Source: Deltaproteobacteria bacterium (GTDB taxonomy: Bacteria > SAR324 > NAC60-12). Taken from it: a DNA stretch of 44,179 nt. Made by a program: the position numbers and the translations under genes. Of the stretch, positions 1-7,769 are shown one piece after another. The notes under the pieces were generated by a model. That model worked only from the letters and a program-made list of their open reading frames with translations. It searched no databases and was not told the DNA's origin. The stretch covers positions 1 to 44,179 of the forward strand of contig JAYOTF010000028.1 of the NCBI GenBank assembly GCA_038150265.1, in the 5' to 3' direction. Each line of letters begins with the position of its first letter. Positions within the stretch are counted from its first letter, which is position 1.

Positions 1-123
1 CTCAAAAACCGTTCTTGGTTACAGGTTGCCGATGGAGTGGAGATTCGTGTCTGCAACGAAGTTGAAGACGTGTTGGAACGTTACCTGGTCGAAAAAGGGG
101 GGCTCACCCGTTTGAATGGGTGA
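1..123 (+). CDS. 3' end of a CDS truncated by the window edge (unknown product)
   Basis: Frame 1 is open from base 1: LKNRSWLQVADGVEIRVCNEVEDVLERYLVEKGGLTRLNG, ending TGA at 121-123. Composition is protein-like. No family recognised. Confidence 0.45.
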   Translation, partial: LKNRSWLQVADGVEIRVCNEVEDVLERYLVEKGGLTRLNG

Positions 124-357
124 GCATCATGGTGTGCGGCCACATTTCTGAGTTTGGTACACGGCAGTAAATCGAGCAGAGCCAAAAAGCTGAAGCACTT
201 GAGCCCTTTGCCCGGGACCCTTCTCGCTTTCAGGACCCTCCCGAGTGAGGGAGCCGGTGCCGGAGCTTGTGGAAGTGGGGGAGGAGCGGTAGAGTTGTGG
301 AGGTCACCCGTCCTGTGGGGCCCTTGCTTCTCCTCTGTGCCTGAACCCTGACTGCTC

Positions 358-672
358 ATGAAGCCCTCTGTTGTGCTGGGAATCGCCTTCCTGTTGCTGG
401 GGTGCGCGTCTGCTTCTGACGATGCGACTCCCCACGCCTCTTCCTGCGACCGCCTTGATTTTGGAGACGACCGCTACCTCTGCCAGGCCCTGACGAGCCC
501 GGACCCGACCGTGTCCACGTTGTTCTGTGAGGAAATTCTGGAGAAGGACCGGCGGAACTACTGCCGGGGGATGGTGAAGGACGACAGCACCTTCTGTCAC
601 CGGGTGGTGAACGCGCAGATCAAGAGCAACTGCCTGGAGCGCTGGAACGTCTTTGCTCCTCCGCCTTCCTGA
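358..672 (+). CDS. Small Cys-rich lipoprotein with three C-x11-C repeats
   Basis: Signal peptide with lipobox LLGC (Cys16). Cys pairs at 30/42, 57/69 and 80/92. Confidence 0.75.
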   Translation: MKPSVVLGIAFLLLGCASASDDATPHASSCDRLDFGDDRYLCQALTSPDPTVSTLFCEEILEKDRRNYCRGMVKDDSTFCHRVVNAQIKSNCLERWNVFAPPPS

Positions 673-702
673 ACGAGAAGGCGGGCAGCCGAGTTCTGGA
701 GG

Positions 703-1590
703 TCAGCGGGTGGCCACCGAGGCAGAAGCGTCTGCGTCTTCGGGAAGCGTGTGCTGGGCAAGGCGCTGGAAGCCGGCGTCCAGCAGAGCCGCCGTGAGCT
801 GGTTACGGACCCGGGAGGTGGGGGAGCCGATGACGATGGACACGAGCCGCTCACCGTTGCGGTGGGCAGTGGCAATCAGGTTGAAGCCGGCCTTGCGGTA
901 GTAGCCGGTCTTCATGCCATCCATGCCGTCGTAGCTCCGGAGCAGCTTGTGGTTGGTGTTGAGCAGCTGGAAGGTGCCGTGCCGGAAGGAGTCGAGCCGG
1001 GTGGACGACCACTTGAAGTAGGTCGGGTGCTTGAGCACCTCGGAGGCCAGCAGCGACAGGTCCCGGGCGGTGGTGATGTCCGGCTTCTGGTTACGGCTCG
1101 GGGGCAGCCCATGCGGGCTGGTGTAACGCGTGTGGGCCATGCCCAGCTGCCGCGCCCGCTCATTCATCCTCACCACAAAGTCCTCAGGCGTTCCCCCCAG
1201 GTACTCGGCAATGGCAAAGGCGGCATCATTGGCAGAGCTGATGATCATGGCCTTGGTGAGTTCCTGCAGCGCAAAGCGCTCCCCCTGCTTGAGGTACACC
1301 TGGCTTCCGCCGATGCGACTGGCCCGCCGCGACACCGTCACCACGTCCTTCCAGTGAGCCGCTCCCGATTCCACCGCCTCCAGGGTCAGCAGGGCCGTCA
1401 TCAGCTTGACAACAGACGCCGGATACACGGTCCGGTCGATGTTCTCTGCCAGCAACGGCTGCCCCGTGTCCGCGTTGATCAGCAACGCGGCCTTGTACTT
1501 CCCCTTGAAGGAAGCAGTGGGGGACTTGGCTCCGGCCAGGGTGGAGAGGAGGGTGAAGGAGAGGATGAGGAGGAGTACTCGGAATTTCAT
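703..1590 (-). CDS. dacA: D-alanyl-D-alanine carboxypeptidase (peptidase S11, PBP5/6-like)
   Basis: Signal peptide; SxxK (ASVVK), SxN (SAN) and KTG motifs; PHGL motif. Confidence 0.9.
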   Translation of the reverse strand: MKFRVLLLILSFTLLSTLAGAKSPTASFKGKYKAALLINADTGQPLLAENIDRTVYPASVVKLMTALLTLEAVESGAAHWKDVVTVSRRASRIGGSQVYLKQGERFALQELTKAMIISSANDAAFAIAEYLGGTPEDFVVRMNERARQLGMAHTRYTSPHGLPPSRNQKPDITTARDLSLLASEVLKHPTYFKWSSTRLDSFRHGTFQLLNTNHKLLRSYDGMDGMKTGYYRKAGFNLIATAHRNGERLVSIVIGSPTSRVRNQLTAALLDAGFQRLAQHTLPEDADASASVATR

Positions 1591-1810
1591 GGTGGTTCAG
1601 GTACCTGTGACAAAGTTGGAGAATCACCTGAAGGGGCATTCAGGCCTTGGTGGAGCAGGGCTCCAAGAAATATGCCGTAACGGCGGATTCCGTGCATTTC
1701 TCCTCAGAAGGAGAAGGGGGGCTCACGAAAGTCTAACCGATTCAGCAACGAATCATGACAGAGGGAGCGTAACGTAGGGACTTTTCGTCACGTCTGCACA
1801 CGAGGTCCCC

Positions 1811-1954
1811 ATGACCCTGAAAGTTCGCCTCTTCGCACTGGGCACCGGCATCGTCCTCAGCCTGCTGCTCAATGTCCTCAACCTGCAAGCGGCCCCGGGA
1901 CAAAAGTTTTTTCCGCACCCCCCTACCACGGCATGCTCTCTGCACCACCCTTGA
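1811..1954 (+). CDS. Putative 47-aa small secreted/membrane peptide (not in the ORF track)
   Basis: GAGG RBS at 1802-1805 before ATG 1811. Translation MTLKVRLFALGTGIVLSLLLNVLNLQAAPGQKFFPHPPTTACSLHHP*: basic N-region, hydrophobic core and LQA/A cleavage-like site. It fills an otherwise empty gap. Confidence 0.5.
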   Translation: MTLKVRLFALGTGIVLSLLLNVLNLQAAPGQKFFPHPPTTACSLHHP

Positions 1955-2027
1955 TGTCCCCACAGGTGGGCCCTTTGAGGTCTGCCTGTACACCGGAAGG
2001 GTTGGTTCGCTGACCCTTCCACCTGCC

Positions 2028-2675
2028 TCAGGACAGATCCTCCAGCACCTCCCAACCCCGTTCGGCTCCAATCGCCTGAAGCTGCGAGTCCGGTGTGACC
2101 AGTACCGGATGCGTCACGGCTTCCAGCAGCGGGAGATCGTTGAGGGAGTCACTGTAGCCCCAGCTGCCTTCCAGGTCCCAGCCCTGGGCCGTCATCAGCG
2201 TTTGCAGGCGCACCAGCTTCTGCTCCCGGAAGCAGGGCGGCCCCACAATGCTCCCGGTAAATCTTTCCGGCGTCTCCTCAATGTCGGTGGCCAGGCCGTG
2301 CTCGAAGCCGAGCAGGCGGGCAATGGGGAGGCCGGTGAAGCTGGAGGACGCGGTGATGAGGACGAGGTCGTGTCCCTGCTCGCGGTGCCAGGCGACCCGG
2401 CGGAAGAGCCGGAGCCGGGGCTGAATGACTGCGGTCAGGAAGCGGTCGCGCTCCCGTTCCAGGGTGGCGCGGGGGATGCGCTGGTGGGGCTCGAAGTAGT
2501 AGCGCATGTAGGCCTGCAGGTCGAGCTTGCCCGCCACGTAGTCCTGATCAAACTCGGCAAAGCGCCGCAGCACCGATTCATCCATGAACCCCAGCTCAAT
2601 CTGCCGGTTGGCCCAGAGGCGTTCGGTGTCGCCATCCAGAAGCGTGTGATCCAGGTCAAATAATGCCAGTGTCAT
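2028..2675 (-). CDS. HAD superfamily subfamily IB phosphatase (SerB/histidinol-phosphatase-like)
   Basis: True start MTLALFDLDHTLL (DxDxT motif I), ITAS motif II, GYSDSLND motif IV. The ORF-track extension to 2870 overlaps cbiG-cobJ and was trimmed. Confidence 0.88.
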   Translation of the reverse strand: MTLALFDLDHTLLDGDTERLWANRQIELGFMDESVLRRFAEFDQDYVAGKLDLQAYMRYYFEPHQRIPRATLERERDRFLTAVIQPRLRLFRRVAWHREQGHDLVLITASSSFTGLPIARLLGFEHGLATDIEETPERFTGSIVGPPCFREQKLVRLQTLMTAQGWDLEGSWGYSDSLNDLPLLEAVTHPVLVTPDSQLQAIGAERGWEVLEDLS

Positions 2676-2739
2676 AGCAGCCTGTGCAAAGAGGAAGCAG
2701 GAGAAAGGGACATCGGGGCGAGGATGACAGGAACCGGGC

Positions 2740-4539
2740 TCAGTTTCCAGTCCCGGAACGTTTTTTTGCATACCCGCGGGGGGTGAAGACCCAGCGCCGC
2801 GGGGCCTGCTCAACGATTCGGGTGTGCGACGACCCCACCAGCACAACGGTGAGCATGTCCACATCGGCACTCTGCAGCGCTGCCAGGGTCCGGACCTGCA
2901 CGGCCTCTTCCGGACGTCCCAGGTTCCGGGCGAGCATCACGGGCGTCTCGGCAGGGCGGTGCGCCAGCAGGCGGTCCCGGGCCCACTCCAGCAGCTCCGT
3001 CCGCCGCCGCGACACTGGGTTGTAGAAGGCGATGACAAAGTCTGCGGCCGCCGCGGCTTCCACCCGTTGCTCAATCACCTCCCGGGGCGTCAGCAGGTCC
3101 GAAAGCGACAGGGCACAGAAGTCATGCCCCAGCGGTGCTCCCAGCCGCGCTGATGCGGCTTGCAGGGCCGAAATTCCGGGCGCCACCCGGACCTGCACCC
3201 GTTGCCACTCCGGGCGTCCTTCCTGCTCCAGCAGCTCAAACACCAGCGTGGCCATGGCATAAATGCCGGGGTCTCCCGAGGAAATCAGCGCCACATTCTT
3301 GCCAGAGGCGGCCAGCTCCCAGGCGTGCCGGACCCGGTCGGTCTCTTCTCCGAGGGGAAAGCGGTGCTCGTGTTGCCCCTGGTGGAGGTCCTGAACAAGG
3401 TCCAGGTACAGCCCATATCCCACCCAGTCCGATGCTTCCTGCAGCCAGGCGGCGCTTTCCGGAAGGCGCCACGAGGGCTGTCCGGGACCGGTGCCGACAA
3501 CAGACAGCACGCCCTGGGGCGTTCCGCGCTGGGCGCCTTCCCAGGGCTGAGGGGCTTCAGCAAGGGCGCAGGTGGCCCGGGCCGACTTCTGCTTGGGGAC
3601 GCAGAGGACGCTGGCGGGTCCGGCGGCGGCAAGCGCGGCGCCTTCCGAGACCCCATGGCACCCGACCTCCCGGAACACCACCTCTGACGGGTGCGCCAGG
3701 CGGGCGGCCTCCTGCTCCAGCACCTCTGCTGGAAAGAACCGAACCGGGCGCTGCAGCCAGGCTCCCAGGGCATGAACCGCGGGCTCATCCGCCTTGAGGT
3801 CGAGGGAGTAGACTCCGGCCACCGACTCCGGCGCCAGCTGCTGCGTGGCCAGCGTCTCGGCAACCAGGGCCTGCAGCTCTTCTGGCGCACACCCGCGCTC
3901 ACACCCCACCCCCAGGGCCAGGGTCTGAGGGTGGTACACCAGGCGCTCCGGACCCCCGGACTCGGCAGCCGAGGTGACCAACAGCTGCAGCGGCGCCTCG
4001 TCGGCCCACGGCAGGTCGGCGTCTTCCAGCCACGGGTGCGAGCCGTCTCGCCGGACGGCACTGCCCGACAGCAGGGCCGCCATGAACGCCTTGGCGTCCT
4101 GAGGGTTCGCCAGGGTGAGGCCCTCTGGAGGATCATCCAGGGCAATTCCAAACCGGAGGTCCCCGGCCGTGGTCACGGCGGCATGGGCCGAGAGGCCGGT
4201 GGCCAGGTGCTGAGCCAGGCGGTTGGCCTGCTGGTGCCCACCAAGGAGCGGCACCACCGAGTCCCCGGTTTCCGACACCACCAGCACCGGCGGCTCCTGC
4301 CGCTTGTTGCCCAGCACCGGCGCCAGCGCCCGGATGACAATGCCGGCGGCACAGAGCGCAATCAGCGGGTGTCCCTGCTGAAAACACGCCTGCAGGTGTG
4401 CGACGGTTTCCGGGAAGTGCCTGGCGGCCGTTGAGACCCGCCCCGCCCGTCCGTGGACTGCTCCTCCCACCTGAGCCGCAATCTGCTCCGCCAGCGGACG
4501 GGAGGCTTCATTGAGGCAGAGGACAACGGGCTCAGGCAT
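2740..4539 (-). CDS. cobJ: CbiG-CobJ(CbiH) fusion: cobalt-precorrin-5A hydrolase / precorrin-3B C17-methyltransferase
   Basis: CbiG motifs (PLLGGH..AN, VTTAGD, LGVGCERG, GVSEGAAL), then a tetrapyrrole methylase domain (VVGTGPG, ISSGDPGIYAMA, GAPLGHDF, SLSDLLTP, DMLTVVLVG, TPRGY). Confidence 0.93.
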   Translation of the reverse strand: MPEPVVLCLNEASRPLAEQIAAQVGGAVHGRAGRVSTAARHFPETVAHLQACFQQGHPLIALCAAGIVIRALAPVLGNKRQEPPVLVVSETGDSVVPLLGGHQQANRLAQHLATGLSAHAAVTTAGDLRFGIALDDPPEGLTLANPQDAKAFMAALLSGSAVRRDGSHPWLEDADLPWADEAPLQLLVTSAAESGGPERLVYHPQTLALGVGCERGCAPEELQALVAETLATQQLAPESVAGVYSLDLKADEPAVHALGAWLQRPVRFFPAEVLEQEAARLAHPSEVVFREVGCHGVSEGAALAAAGPASVLCVPKQKSARATCALAEAPQPWEGAQRGTPQGVLSVVGTGPGQPSWRLPESAAWLQEASDWVGYGLYLDLVQDLHQGQHEHRFPLGEETDRVRHAWELAASGKNVALISSGDPGIYAMATLVFELLEQEGRPEWQRVQVRVAPGISALQAASARLGAPLGHDFCALSLSDLLTPREVIEQRVEAAAAADFVIAFYNPVSRRRTELLEWARDRLLAHRPAETPVMLARNLGRPEEAVQVRTLAALQSADVDMLTVVLVGSSHTRIVEQAPRRWVFTPRGYAKKRSGTGN

Positions 4540-5251
4540 GGTGCTTCACCAGAATCATGGAAAAGTAGGGCACCTCGCTGGGCGACACGTCTGCAAGAGG
4601 CAGCACCCGCTGATCGGGACGGGAGGCGTGTTCAATGTAGCAGGAGGCCGAAAGCAGGTTGAGCTCGTCCAGCAGCTCCCGGAGGCGCGAGAAGTGCCGG
4701 CCGACCTTCATCAGGGCATACGTCCCCGGACGCTGCAGGGCGGCCAGCAGCACCTCGTCCGGCAGCGGACCCGGCAGGACCTGAAAGGGCTCGTTGCGCG
4801 ACACCAGGGGCCAGTTGGCCGCCGCCGCACAGGCCATCAGCGACGACACTCCCGGAATCACCGTCACGGGGAAGCGAGCGGAGAGGCGCTCCAGGAGGTA
4901 CATGAAGGAGCCGTAAAACAGCGGGTCTCCCTCGCAAAGGACCCCCACCGAGGAGCCTCCTGTCAGCCAGGTGGCCAGACGGGTGGCCAGGTCGTCGTAC
5001 GCCTGCTGGGCGGGGAAGGGGTCCAGCAAAATGGGCAGGTGCAGGGGGATGCGGGCCTGAGCCGGGTTGTGCAGGTGCGGTGCGGCAATGTCGTACGCCA
5101 GGCCCCGCCCCGAGTCCGGAGCCGGCCAGGCCAGCACGTCACACTCATTCATCACGCGGATGGCCTTCAGGGTCAGCAACTCCGGGTCACCGGGGCCCAC
5201 CCCGATGCCATAAAGCCTCCCTGTGGAGGAAGGGGCCGTGTCGGTATTCAT
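4532..5251 (-). CDS. cobI: Precorrin-2 C20-methyltransferase
   Basis: GRLYGIGVGPGDPELLTLKA, LCEGDPLFYGSF, IPGVSS, LMKVGRH, PYFSMILV. Overlaps the start of cbiG-cobJ. ATG at 5251; a TTG one codon upstream (5254) is the alternative start. Confidence 0.93.
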   Translation of the reverse strand: MNTDTAPSSTGRLYGIGVGPGDPELLTLKAIRVMNECDVLAWPAPDSGRGLAYDIAAPHLHNPAQARIPLHLPILLDPFPAQQAYDDLATRLATWLTGGSSVGVLCEGDPLFYGSFMYLLERLSARFPVTVIPGVSSLMACAAAANWPLVSRNEPFQVLPGPLPDEVLLAALQRPGTYALMKVGRHFSRLRELLDELNLLSASCYIEHASRPDQRVLPLADVSPSEVPYFSMILVKHHA

Positions 5252-5274
5252 CAAGCAATCAGTCAGGACAGTCG

Positions 5275-5367
5275 GTCAGAACACGAGGGAAAGCGTCCGT
5301 GCTCTCCTCTCAGGGGGTCCGGAGGACCCGGAACCCGGTCACGTTGAGAGGAACCCGTTATTCTGAC
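5275..5367 (-). other. Structured (nested stem-loop) 5' leader upstream of cobI; candidate cis-regulatory RNA
   Basis: Nested complementary segments: 5275-5281/5361-5367 (GTCAGAA/TTCTGAC), 5305-5312/5345-5352 (TCCTCTCA/TGAGAGGA) and inner hairpin 5315-5329 (GGGTCC-gga-GGACCC). Confidence 0.4.
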
Positions 5368-5388
5368 GGCCCCCTGGCAAAGGAGCAA
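5360..5388 (-). promoter_or_regulatory. Possible sigma70 promoter for the cobI-cbiG/cobJ operon
   Basis: The minus strand reads TTGCTC-N17-CAGAAT about 110 nt upstream of cobI. Confidence 0.3.
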
Positions 5389-5395
5389 GCGCCAG

Positions 5396-5564
5396 GGCCA
5401 TCGGTTCAAGGATCGGTTCAAGGACTGGATCCCAGCCTGCGCTGGGATGACCACAAAACCGTTGTGACTCGCTGGAGAGGTTCCCTCGCTGGAGCCCTGA
5501 ATGCCTTGAAGGCCATCGGTTCAAGGATCGGTTCAAGGACTGGATCCCAGCCTGCGCTGGGATG
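5396..5564. repeat. Two identical 54-bp REP-like direct repeats (5396-5449, 5511-5564)
   Basis: Unit GGCCATCGGTTCAAGGATCGGTTCAAGGACTGGATCCCAGCCTGCGCTGGGATG. It contains a tandem 12-mer (ATCGGTTCAAGG x2) and the palindrome ATCCCAGC-ctgc-GCTGGGAT. The copies are separated by a 61-bp spacer. Confidence 0.9.
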
Positions 5565-5589
5565 CCCCCCAAGCGGCCGTCCGGAGGCA

Positions 5590-6597
5590 TCAGGGGGTGA
5601 GGCGGGTGGCCTGGGCCTGGGCCTGCAGAGCCAGGCGGCAGACGGTGAAGCAGTGCTCGTGCGTCATCGTGGTCTCGGTCCGGTTCCGGACGTCTTCGAG
5701 GAACTGCGCAAAGTACGTGATCGGGACGTCGTTGCAGTCCAGGCGCTCGTAGCGGTCGTTGGTGACGAGCAGGAGGTGGTTCCCTCCTTCGGGGCCGGGC
5801 ACATCGACGTACTTGCGCAGCTCCATGTAGCCCTCGGTGCCCTGAATGAAGAGGCGCCCGTCTCCCCACGTGGGCAGCGCGTCGGGCGTGTACCAGTCCA
5901 CGCGGATGAAGCCACTGGCCGTGCGGGTGCGCAGCGACACCTCGCCATAATCTTCCAGACCCGGGTGTTCCGGATTGGCGTAGTTGCCCACGGCGCTGGA
6001 GACGATTTCAGCGTCACTTGCCCCGGTCAGCCAGAGGAACTGGTCGATCTGGTGCGAGGCAATGTCGGTGAGGATGCCCCCGTACTGAGCCGGGTCGTAA
6101 AACCACGGGCGCCGCAGGTGCGCGTTGTGCCGATGGGGCCCCAGCCCGGTCGTCTGGATGACGGTGCCAATGACGCCCTGGTCGATCAGCTCCTTGGCCT
6201 TGAGGGTGGCCGGAACTTCAAAGTGCTCCGAAAAGTCGATGCTGTAGCGGGCACCGGTTTCGGCCTGGGCGGCCTGAACGGCCTCCAGCTGTTCAAAGGA
6301 AATCACTCCGGGCTTGTCCACCATCACGTCCTTGCCATGCCGCATCGCCTGGATGCAGATCTCGGCACGCTCTCCCGGAATGCCCGCACAGACGATGACC
6401 TGAAGGTCGGGGTGCTGATACAACTCCTCGGCAGACGCAAACCTGGGGACATCGGGGAAGCGGCGGAGGAAGCCCTCGAGGGGTTCGGCGTCGTCTCGGG
6501 TGTAGTAGCCGATGCACTGCGCTCCGGCAGCCAGGAGGCCTTCGGTCATGCCGTAAATGTGGCGGTGGTCCAGGCCGATGCAGGCAAATCGAATCAT
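5590..6597 (-). CDS. Gfo/Idh/MocA family NAD(P)-dependent oxidoreductase
   Basis: N-terminal Rossmann (IRFACIGLDHRH), MVDKP motif, GGILTDIASHQID. Confidence 0.88.
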   Translation of the reverse strand: MIRFACIGLDHRHIYGMTEGLLAAGAQCIGYYTRDDAEPLEGFLRRFPDVPRFASAEELYQHPDLQVIVCAGIPGERAEICIQAMRHGKDVMVDKPGVISFEQLEAVQAAQAETGARYSIDFSEHFEVPATLKAKELIDQGVIGTVIQTTGLGPHRHNAHLRRPWFYDPAQYGGILTDIASHQIDQFLWLTGASDAEIVSSAVGNYANPEHPGLEDYGEVSLRTRTASGFIRVDWYTPDALPTWGDGRLFIQGTEGYMELRKYVDVPGPEGGNHLLLVTNDRYERLDCNDVPITYFAQFLEDVRNRTETTMTHEHCFTVCRLALQAQAQATRLTP

Positions 6598-6605
6598 CCG
6601 GTGTC

Positions 6606-7769
6606 TCAGAAGGAGGTGTTCATGGCAGCGGCATCCACGGTGACCGACACGGTGTCGGTCCGGAACGAACTGGTGGCAATGCGCGCTTCAAGGTGCTTCC
6701 AGTACTGCTCTGCGTTGAGTGGGAAAGAAATCGAGGTGCCCTCGAAGGTGGACAGCAGCATCGCGTTCGCCAGCTCCACGCTGTGGATGCCTTCCACCGC
6801 CGGAGCGAGCAGCGGGGTCTGGTCGAGGACGGCGTCCACAAAGTTTTGCAGCACCTCCCGGTGCTGTCCCCCGCGGTCGGCAAACGGCAGGACGGCTTCG
6901 GTCGCCTCCGGTTTTCCAAACGGCTGGTCGGAGGTGCGGCAGTACTCCGAGATCGGGGTCTGGTTCTGCATCCAGCGCAGGCCTGCATCATCGGCGACGA
7001 CGGTGCCCTTCTCCCCGACGATTTCGAGCCGATTGGTGCCCGGGGCTTCCCCGGTGGTGGTGATGAAGGTGCAGGTGGCGCCGTTTTCATAAGTCAGCAG
7101 GGCCGTGACGTCGTCTTCCACTTCAATGTCGTGCCACTGCCCGAACCGGCACTGCGCCCAGACCGATTGCGGAGTGCCAAACAGCCACCAGAGCAGGTCG
7201 AGCTGATGCGGGCACTGATTGAGGAGCACCCCGCCGCCTTCGCCTTTCCAGGTGGCCCGCCACCCGCCACTGCGGTAGTAGAGGTCGGTCCGGAACCAGT
7301 CGGTGATGATCCAGTTCATGCGCCGCAGGTCTCCGAGTTCGCCGCCTTGAATGAGCGCCCGGAGCTTCTGGTAACGCGGGTCGGTCCGCTGGTTGAACAT
7401 GGCTCCGAAGACCTGCTCGGCACGTGGACGGTGTGTGTAGGCGTCGAGCAGGCGCTCACAGTCGCGTTTGTGGACCGAGATGGGCTTCTCCACCAGCACG
7501 TGCAGGCCCTGCTCCAGCGCATCAACGCCGATGGTGGTGTGATCGTAGTGCGGCGTGGCGATGAGCACGGCATCGACCTCTCCGGACCGGATCAGCTCGG
7601 CGCTGGAGGCAAAGCGGGGAATGCTGGAATCCAGCCCGGCAAGCCGAGCGGGGTCGGTGTCACAGACCGCCGAAACGGTGACGCGCTGCAGGTGCCCCTG
7701 CTGAATGGAGTGGTAGTGCTGGGTGCCCATGTTGCCCAGGCCAATGAGGCCCAGCTTCAGTTCACGCAT
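6606..7769 (-). CDS. Gfo/Idh/MocA family NAD(P)-dependent oxidoreductase
   Basis: GLIGLGNMG, IATPHYDH, VLVEKP, WRATWKGEGGGVLLNQCPHQLD. Confidence 0.92.
   Translation of the reverse strand: MRELKLGLIGLGNMGTQHYHSIQQGHLQRVTVSAVCDTDPARLAGLDSSIPRFASSAELIRSGEVDAVLIATPHYDHTTIGVDALEQGLHVLVEKPISVHKRDCERLLDAYTHRPRAEQVFGAMFNQRTDPRYQKLRALIQGGELGDLRRMNWIITDWFRTDLYYRSGGWRATWKGEGGGVLLNQCPHQLDLLWWLFGTPQSVWAQCRFGQWHDIEVEDDVTALLTYENGATCTFITTTGEAPGTNRLEIVGEKGTVVADDAGLRWMQNQTPISEYCRTSDQPFGKPEATEAVLPFADRGGQHREVLQNFVDAVLDQTPLLAPAVEGIHSVELANAMLLSTFEGTSISFPLNAEQYWKHLEARIATSSFRTDTVSVTVDAAAMNTSF

Noticed and set aside
5255..5395. Canonical cobalamin riboswitch upstream of cobI
   Set aside because: The conserved B12-box motifs were not found on the minus strand and the space is short. 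Kept only as an unclassified structured leader.
5263..5454. 63-aa ORF starting MVIPAQAGIQ
   Set aside because: This is just the translation of the REP-like palindrome, a common false gene call.
5396..5564. Possible mini-CRISPR array
   Set aside because: Only two units. The 54-bp repeat and 61-bp spacer are outside usual CRISPR sizes, and there are no cas genes in the window. Better explained as REP-like repeats.
5080..7092. 670-aa plus-strand ORF
   Set aside because: It is the antisense shadow of cobI, the intergenic repeats and two Gfo/Idh/MocA genes. No motifs. Typical of GC-rich DNA.
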